From: a candidate division WOR-3 bacterium
Lineage (GTDB): Bacteria > Hydrothermota > Hydrothermia > Hydrothermales > Hydrothermaceae
Reading direction: 5' to 3'
Length of the DNA: 28,961 bases
Assembly (NCBI GenBank): GCA_039803745.1
Contig: JBDRZD010000020.1
Location: 1 to 28,961, forward strand
The notes under the pieces are model-generated. The model was not told the DNA's origin. It saw only the letters and a list, made by a program, of their open reading frames with translations, and ran no database searches. A program made the position numbers and the translations under genes. Positions 26,984 through 28,961 of this stretch are shown one piece after another (the stretch's first letter is position 1; every line of letters starts with the position of its first letter).

Positions 26984-28372
26984 ATGGGCTCAACCTGGTT
27001 TGTAAACTTAATTTATCTTATTGCAGCAGTCCTTTTTATTTTTGGTTTAAAAATGCTTTCTCATCCAAAAACTGCTATAAACGGTAATCTTTTAAGTGCC
27101 TTTGGAATGCTCCTTGCAATAATTGTAACCCTTCTTGATAAAAGAATTGTAAGTTTTGAAGTAATAATTGCAGGACTTGTTGTTGGTTCAGCAATCGGAA
27201 CTTTTTTAGCACTCACAACCCCGATGACAGCAATGCCACAGATGGTCGGAATTTTAAACGGATTTGGTGGAGGTGCATCACTCCTTGTTGCAGGTGCAGC
27301 ACTTTTTGAATCAATTTATCTTTCAAAATCCCCATCAAATCAATTTCTTATCGCCACTCTCGCATCAGGAATAATTGGTGCAGTGACATTCTGGGGAAGT
27401 ATGGTTGCTGCAGGAAAATTACAGGGAATAATTGAGGAAAAACCAATACTTTTTAAAGGACAGCATCTTTTAAATCTTATCCTTTTTATACTTGCTCTTA
27501 TCTTTGGAATATTTTTAGTATTAAAACCACAAATCACGCTTCTTTACTGGGGGGTTGTAATCCTCTCCTCAATTCTTGGTGTCCTTCTTGTTATCCCAAT
27601 TGGTGGGGCTGATATGCCTGTTGTCATATGTCTTTTAAATTCCTATTCAGGGCTTGCAGCAGCAGCAACCGGCTTTGTTTTAAACAACAATGTTTTAATA
27701 ATTTCTGGCTCACTTGTTGGCGCATCAGGGATAATTCTGACAAACCTCATGTGTAAGGCAATGAATCGCTCCCTTACAAATGTTCTGTTTGGTGGATTTG
27801 GAGCAGTTATTGTTAAAGAAACTCAGGATATATATGCAGGAAGAGTAAAATCAACAACACCTGAAGAAGTTGCAATATTACTTGATTCAGCAAAAAATGT
27901 TGTTATAATTCCGGGATATGGTATGGCTGTTTCACAGTCTCAGCATGCTGTAAGGGATTTAACAAATCTTCTTGAATCAAGAGGGGTAAAGGTATTATTT
28001 GGTATTCATCCAGTTGCAGGTAGAATGCCCGGTCATATGAATGTTTTACTTGCAGAAGCAGATATTCCCTATGATAAGTTAAAAGAGATGGATGAAATAA
28101 ATCCTTTAATGCCCGAAATGGATGTTGCAATTGTTCTTGGTGCAAATGATGTTGTTAATCCACTTGCAAGAACTGATCCAAAATGTCCAATTGCTGGAAT
28201 GCCAATAATTGATGCTGATAAGGCAAAAACGGTTGTTGTAATAAAAAGAAGTTTAAGCCCTGGCTTTGCAGGGATACCAAATCCACTCTTTGCAGCACCA
28301 AATACATTGATGCTTTTTGCAGATGGCAAAAAGGCAATTCTTGACATAATTTCCGCTTTAAAAGAAATTTAA
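26984..28372 (+). CDS. pntB: NAD(P) transhydrogenase beta subunit
   Basis: MTAMPQMV, IGGADMPVV, NSYSG, MCKAMNRS, HPVAGRMPGHMNVLLAEA, GANDVVNP. Confidence 0.96.
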   Translation: MGSTWFVNLIYLIAAVLFIFGLKMLSHPKTAINGNLLSAFGMLLAIIVTLLDKRIVSFEVIIAGLVVGSAIGTFLALTTPMTAMPQMVGILNGFGGGASLLVAGAALFESIYLSKSPSNQFLIATLASGIIGAVTFWGSMVAAGKLQGIIEEKPILFKGQHLLNLILFILALIFGIFLVLKPQITLLYWGVVILSSILGVLLVIPIGGADMPVVICLLNSYSGLAAAATGFVLNNNVLIISGSLVGASGIILTNLMCKAMNRSLTNVLFGGFGAVIVKETQDIYAGRVKSTTPEEVAILLDSAKNVVIIPGYGMAVSQSQHAVRDLTNLLESRGVKVLFGIHPVAGRMPGHMNVLLAEADIPYDKLKEMDEINPLMPEMDVAIVLGANDVVNPLARTDPKCPIAGMPIIDADKAKTVVVIKRSLSPGFAGIPNPLFAAPNTLMLFADGKKAILDIISALKEI

Positions 28373-28431
28373 TATTTAAAAATTACATTAAATTCCTATT
28401 ATTCCAAAATTTGATGGTATTCTACATTTAT

Positions 28432-28460
28432 TTGACATTGAATTTTTAAAAATATATAAT
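28432..28460 (+). promoter_or_regulatory. Perfect-consensus sigma70 promoter
   Basis: TTGACA (28432-28437), 17-nt spacer, TATAAT (28455-28460); SD AAGGAGG before ATG 28486. Confidence 0.8.
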
Positions 28461-28485
28461 TTTAATTTAAAAAGGAGGGTAAGGG

Positions 28486-28755
28486 ATGAGAAGGTTGGTT
28501 TTAATTTTAATGATAGAGGTTTTATATTCTCAGGAGATGGATTGGAGGATGTTTCAGAGGGATAATCAAAGGACAGGTTTTACACCCTATAAGGGCAATT
28601 TTTCAGATACGCTTTATTCTGTAAAAGATTCAATCTATTTTTATTCTCCTACACCTACACCACCTTTAATTGGTGATTTTGAAAGTGATGGCAATATGGA
28701 GATAGTGACACAATGCACATATTATTTTCAAGGCAATTATAGGAGGGAAAAATGA
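28486..28755 (+). pseudogene. Truncated secreted FG-GAP/beta-propeller-like protein (89 aa)
   Basis: Signal-like N-terminus, WRMFQRDNQRTG motif, one PLIGDFESDGNMEIV repeat, then a stop overlapping the next ATG. The other two frames are also closed. Confidence 0.55.
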
Positions 28756-28961
28756 AAAGATGGTATATATATTTAATAATGTGTGTTGTGTTAAATTTTC
28801 TTCAAGCAAGGGATACTTTAATTTATATTGGTAAATTTGAGCCTTCTGATGTGGTCCTGAGAGATGGCTGGGTTGTTGGAGATATAGGGTATTTAACATG
28901 GGAACACTACCCGGATTCATTTGGAATATTTATTATTGATCTTACTGATAGGACAAATCCA
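28752..28961 (+). CDS. Secreted LVIVD-repeat-like protein, 5' part (runs off the window; not in the ORF track)
   Basis: SD AGGAGG; open frame MKRWYIYLIMCVVLNFLQA-RDTLIYIGKFE...GDIGYLTW...GIFIIDLTDRTNP with a signal peptide and an LVIVD-like motif. Confidence 0.7.
   Translation, partial: MKRWYIYLIMCVVLNFLQARDTLIYIGKFEPSDVVLRDGWVVGDIGYLTWEHYPDSFGIFIIDLTDRTNP

Noticed and set aside
28648..28666. cctaca short repeat
   Set aside because: Only encodes PTPTPP; too short to suggest phase variation.
28753..28755. TGA readthrough or frameshift joining the stub to the downstream gene
   Set aside because: The downstream gene has its own SD and signal peptide, and no recoding structure is evident.
1..28961. 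CRISPR array, IS element, prophage, riboswitch or T-box
   Set aside because: No repeat-spacer pattern, transposase or phage gene was seen. Intergenic gaps are short (about 115 nt at most), AT-rich and unstructured.

Overview
This is an AT-rich, very gene-dense housekeeping region of a diderm bacterium. The K/E/I-rich proteome, kdsB, a PorV-family barrel and several archaeal-like enzymes suggest a thermophilic anaerobe of the FCB sphere, such as candidate phylum WOR-3 (inference only). The minus-strand block at 10-9893 reads purD, yjbQ, a membrane protein, mltG, tRNA-Leu(CAG), a GAF/HD-GYP protein, divIVA, purine nucleoside phosphorylase, a TPR lipoprotein, asnS, a 69-aa protein, an AsnB-like protein lacking the catalytic Cys, and a small TM/coiled-coil protein. 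The plus-strand block at 9980-14401 is a PorV-family gene, rpmJ (missed by the ORF track), rpsM, rpsK, rpsD, rpoA, rplQ and a THEP1-type NTPase. The minus-strand block at 14384-21713 is glnA, an AIR-synthase-family gene, an rpoZ-like gene, coaBC, a family 4 UDG, ymdB, a two-subunit fumarate hydratase and kdsB. The rest is iorAB, a cellulose-synthase-like GT2, a three-gene transhydrogenase, a truncated FG-GAP-like secreted protein and the start of an LVIVD-repeat protein. I saw no mobile element, CRISPR array, prophage or defence system, and I cannot claim a clear-cut new system. The best leads are PorV heading the alpha ribosomal operon, a CCA-less tRNA punctuating an mRNA operon, a palindromic bidirectional glnA/iorA promoter, apparent leaderless genes, and AsnB-like and CoaC domains missing their canonical catalytic cysteines.
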